This document shows, piece after piece, positions 61,985 to 64,000 of a stretch of 64,000 bases of DNA. The stretch lies in assembly GCA_051294905.1 (NCBI GenBank), contig CM119372.1, positions 6,946,001-7,010,000 on the forward strand. Direction: 5' to 3'. Position 1 is the first letter of the stretch. Each line of letters starts with the position of its first letter. The stretch is from Botryllus schlosseri. Its lineage: Eukaryota. The notes under the pieces were generated by a model. The model was given only the letters and a program-made list of their open reading frames with translations. It searched no databases and was not told where the DNA came from. The translations under genes and the position numbers were made by a program.

Positions 61985-62058
61985 ATGGCAACGAACAGCT
62001 TGGCTTCATCAAATCTAGACTTCTGCTGCTATCAACGGCACGTGTGTTCAAGGAGAAG
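61985..62058 (+). CDS. KANSL2: KANSL2 exon
   Basis: MATNSLASSNLDFCCYQRHVCSRR; GT donor at 62059. Confidence 0.8.
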
Positions 62059-64000
62059 GTACGATAAATGATTATTGAATGAGGATACACGATTACGCTC
62101 ATAATTTGGATGTGTTTTCTTGATAGGTATTTGAACTACAAATATTGTGCACAACATATCTTAGAGGATGAAAAATCCCCTTTCACATCATGTGAATATT
62201 TGTCGAGAACCACAAAACGAAAATGCCCAAATCCTGCTCTTCGTCCAAGAAAGCAAAACAGGTTACTGATGTGGTTACCTTTTAAATCGTAGCACTATTT
62301 GAATGTTATCGTTGCTCTATCAGTTTGCCCATTTTTTGCTCTGAGCACCTTCATGAACTCATTGTAAAAGAGAAGCATCAGAAGCAGAAAAGGAAATTGC
62401 GAAGAAAACGAAAAATCCAGAAAGCATCTCTCATGTAAGAATTTAGCAATTGTTATACTATTCCAAAGAATTTCCGAAACAATTTTGGTGATGATTTGAT
62501 CAACTAGTATCAGCGCAAACCCCCAAAATAACTTTAATTGGGTTTATCCACCTAAATTTACGAGGACCCGGACTGCATCCTTCTGATTTCAATGGGCATT
62601 AGGGGTAGGCTAATAATCTCTTAGCTCAGATGACCTGATCTGCCCGTAAAGTAGATAATGCATTAGAAAATCTAGATTTCATGAATCATATTGTAGTGTA
62701 GTTGGATCGGTTTCAAGTGATATATAGCCCTCTGTACTGTCCTCAAATTAATAATCTAACAACTTCATGGTACGCAAGACAAATTGAATAATATATGTTA
62801 CATGAAGTTGCTCAGTGATCTTATACATGGTATATATATATATCACGGTTATTGATTTCTTGAGTTTTAATGAATTATATATCACAAAACATTGACCTAC
62901 TAAGGAAACTTATATAAAATATGTAGCTGATTTACTGAAAAAAGGGATTGGAATCACTCACCAAACTGATTCTAGACTCGACCAACTTGAAAAACTCATT
63001 TCGTGAGATGTGAACTTGTCAACATTTCCATTTCTACTCGGGCGGCACAATTTTTTATTACATACCGCAGGCTGCAAACCCCGCTGACATATTTGATTCA
63101 AGAAGGCATTCAGTCTGATTCAGTTGAGTCAGTTCTTATTCAAAGTTCAAACTTTCAGTAAATCAGAATCCGCAAAAAGACAGAAGCTAGTGAATCAGCT
63201 TTATAAATACTCTGAAGAAACACCGAAGACTACTGATGGACAGATGAATCATGAAGACTCTGGTAGGACTTTGCATAACATCCACGAATAATTTGTTTTG
63301 CTAATTCTGTTTTGTGATGGCGCAGAATCTGATGTCGAAGACATTCAGCGTCCGATAAATGACGACTGGCCGCTTGAAAACCCCGCCTCTATCGGTACCG
63401 ATGCAGATTGGGATGATTTTGATCCTGTCAACAATGAAGTCTACGAACCGCTGAGATATGCAGGTATGCTGCGGCTCGTATCTGCCCATGAGAATTGTCT
63501 ATTAGTCAAACGCTACTTTTTTAAATATCTGCAAAAATGTGTCTCTTCCACTTGTAGGGTTCTGGTACTTGAAAAGTCATCAAAAGTTTTTCTTCTCTAC
63601 ATTCTTAAATCTAATTGCTGTGTCCAGCTGTAGTCAACTACATCAGCAATTGTATCTATTATGATTTTCCCTAATCCTGTCAGCCAGGAGTCTAGATACA
63701 AATTTTGCCTGGTCATTGTCCAACTTACAGCCTATGATGACCTTGAAAAAATAATGGTGTCTGTAATATCATGATTCTTGGAAAATACCTGTCTACTTCC
63801 TTGAATTTTCTGTCCTAAACCGACTCTTTGTGGTGATGCCACTACGATTATGCTTTAATCCCGATGTTCATATATTCATATTCTCCTCTTAACCTCGCGA
63901 TTGTCATATTTACAGACGTCTTAACACCCGAGGAAGTGGTGGCTACTGCGCAGAGTAAACTAATTCGTCTTCAGTCGTTATATATTGAACAGTTCAAGCG
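61985..64000 (+). CDS. KANSL2: KAT8 regulatory NSL complex subunit 2, 5' part (continues beyond window)
   Basis: Exons 61985-62058, 62127-62261, 62324-62434, 63159-63262, 63326-63463, 63916->64000 splice in frame: FCCYQRHVCSRRRYLNYKYCAQHILEDEKSPFTSCEY...KCPNPA...FCSEH (zf-C3Hc3H) and EPLRYADVLTPEEVV...KLIRLQSLYIEQFKR. Start codon uncertain (the frame is open from a possible acceptor at 61960). Confidence 0.93.
62127..62261 (+). CDS. KANSL2: KANSL2 exon
   Basis: YLNYKYCAQHILEDEKSPFTSCEYLSRTTKRKCPNPALRPRKQN. Confidence 0.92.
62324..62434 (+). CDS. KANSL2: KANSL2 exon
   Basis: LPIFCSEHLHELIVKEKHQKQKRKLRRKRKIQKASL; GTAAGA donor. Confidence 0.88.
63159..63262 (+). CDS. KANSL2: KANSL2 exon
   Basis: KSESAKRQKLVNQLYKYSEETPKTTDGQMNHEDS; phases fit both neighbours. 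Confidence 0.78.
63326..63463 (+). CDS. KANSL2: KANSL2 exon
   Basis: SDVEDIQRPINDDWPLENP...EVYEPLRYA; GTATGC donor. Confidence 0.88.
63916..64000 (+). CDS. KANSL2: KANSL2 exon (truncated by window)
   Basis: VLTPEEVVATAQSKLIRLQSLYIEQFKR. Confidence 0.92.

Noticed and set aside
63071..63161. Longer KANSL2 exon using the acceptor at 63070
   Set aside because: It hits an in-frame TAA at 63159-63161; the acceptor at 63158 keeps the frame.

Overview
Eukaryotic, AT-rich, transposon-saturated metazoan DNA with short GT-AG introns and TTAGGG-type repeats; it could be an ascidian or another marine invertebrate, but the sequence does not prove this. About 80% of the window (1-52.5 kb) is nested mobile DNA. 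It includes the right end of a decayed Polinton/Maverick-like element (1-8516) and many hAT MITEs with 8-bp TSDs. It also has a LINE tail, a 4-kb non-coding Polinton-like element whose flanks form a 5.6-kb inverted duplication, a 4.3-kb LTR-bounded tandem duplication, and a nest of four LTR elements. Two host genes sit head-to-head at the right end: a six-exon ZP-domain membrane protein on the minus strand, and the 5' part of KANSL2 on the plus strand, which runs off the window. The most unusual signal is that two unrelated gypsy elements each carry a DNA copy of their primer tRNA extending well beyond the 18-nt PBS (tRNA-Trp at 29271-29299 with a substitution exactly at position 58; tRNA-Leu at 48749-48790). 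In both, the tRNA copy lies at the rearranged junction of an element reduced to integrase only. All alignments were done by eye; tRNA and family identities rest on recalled consensus sequences and need database confirmation.
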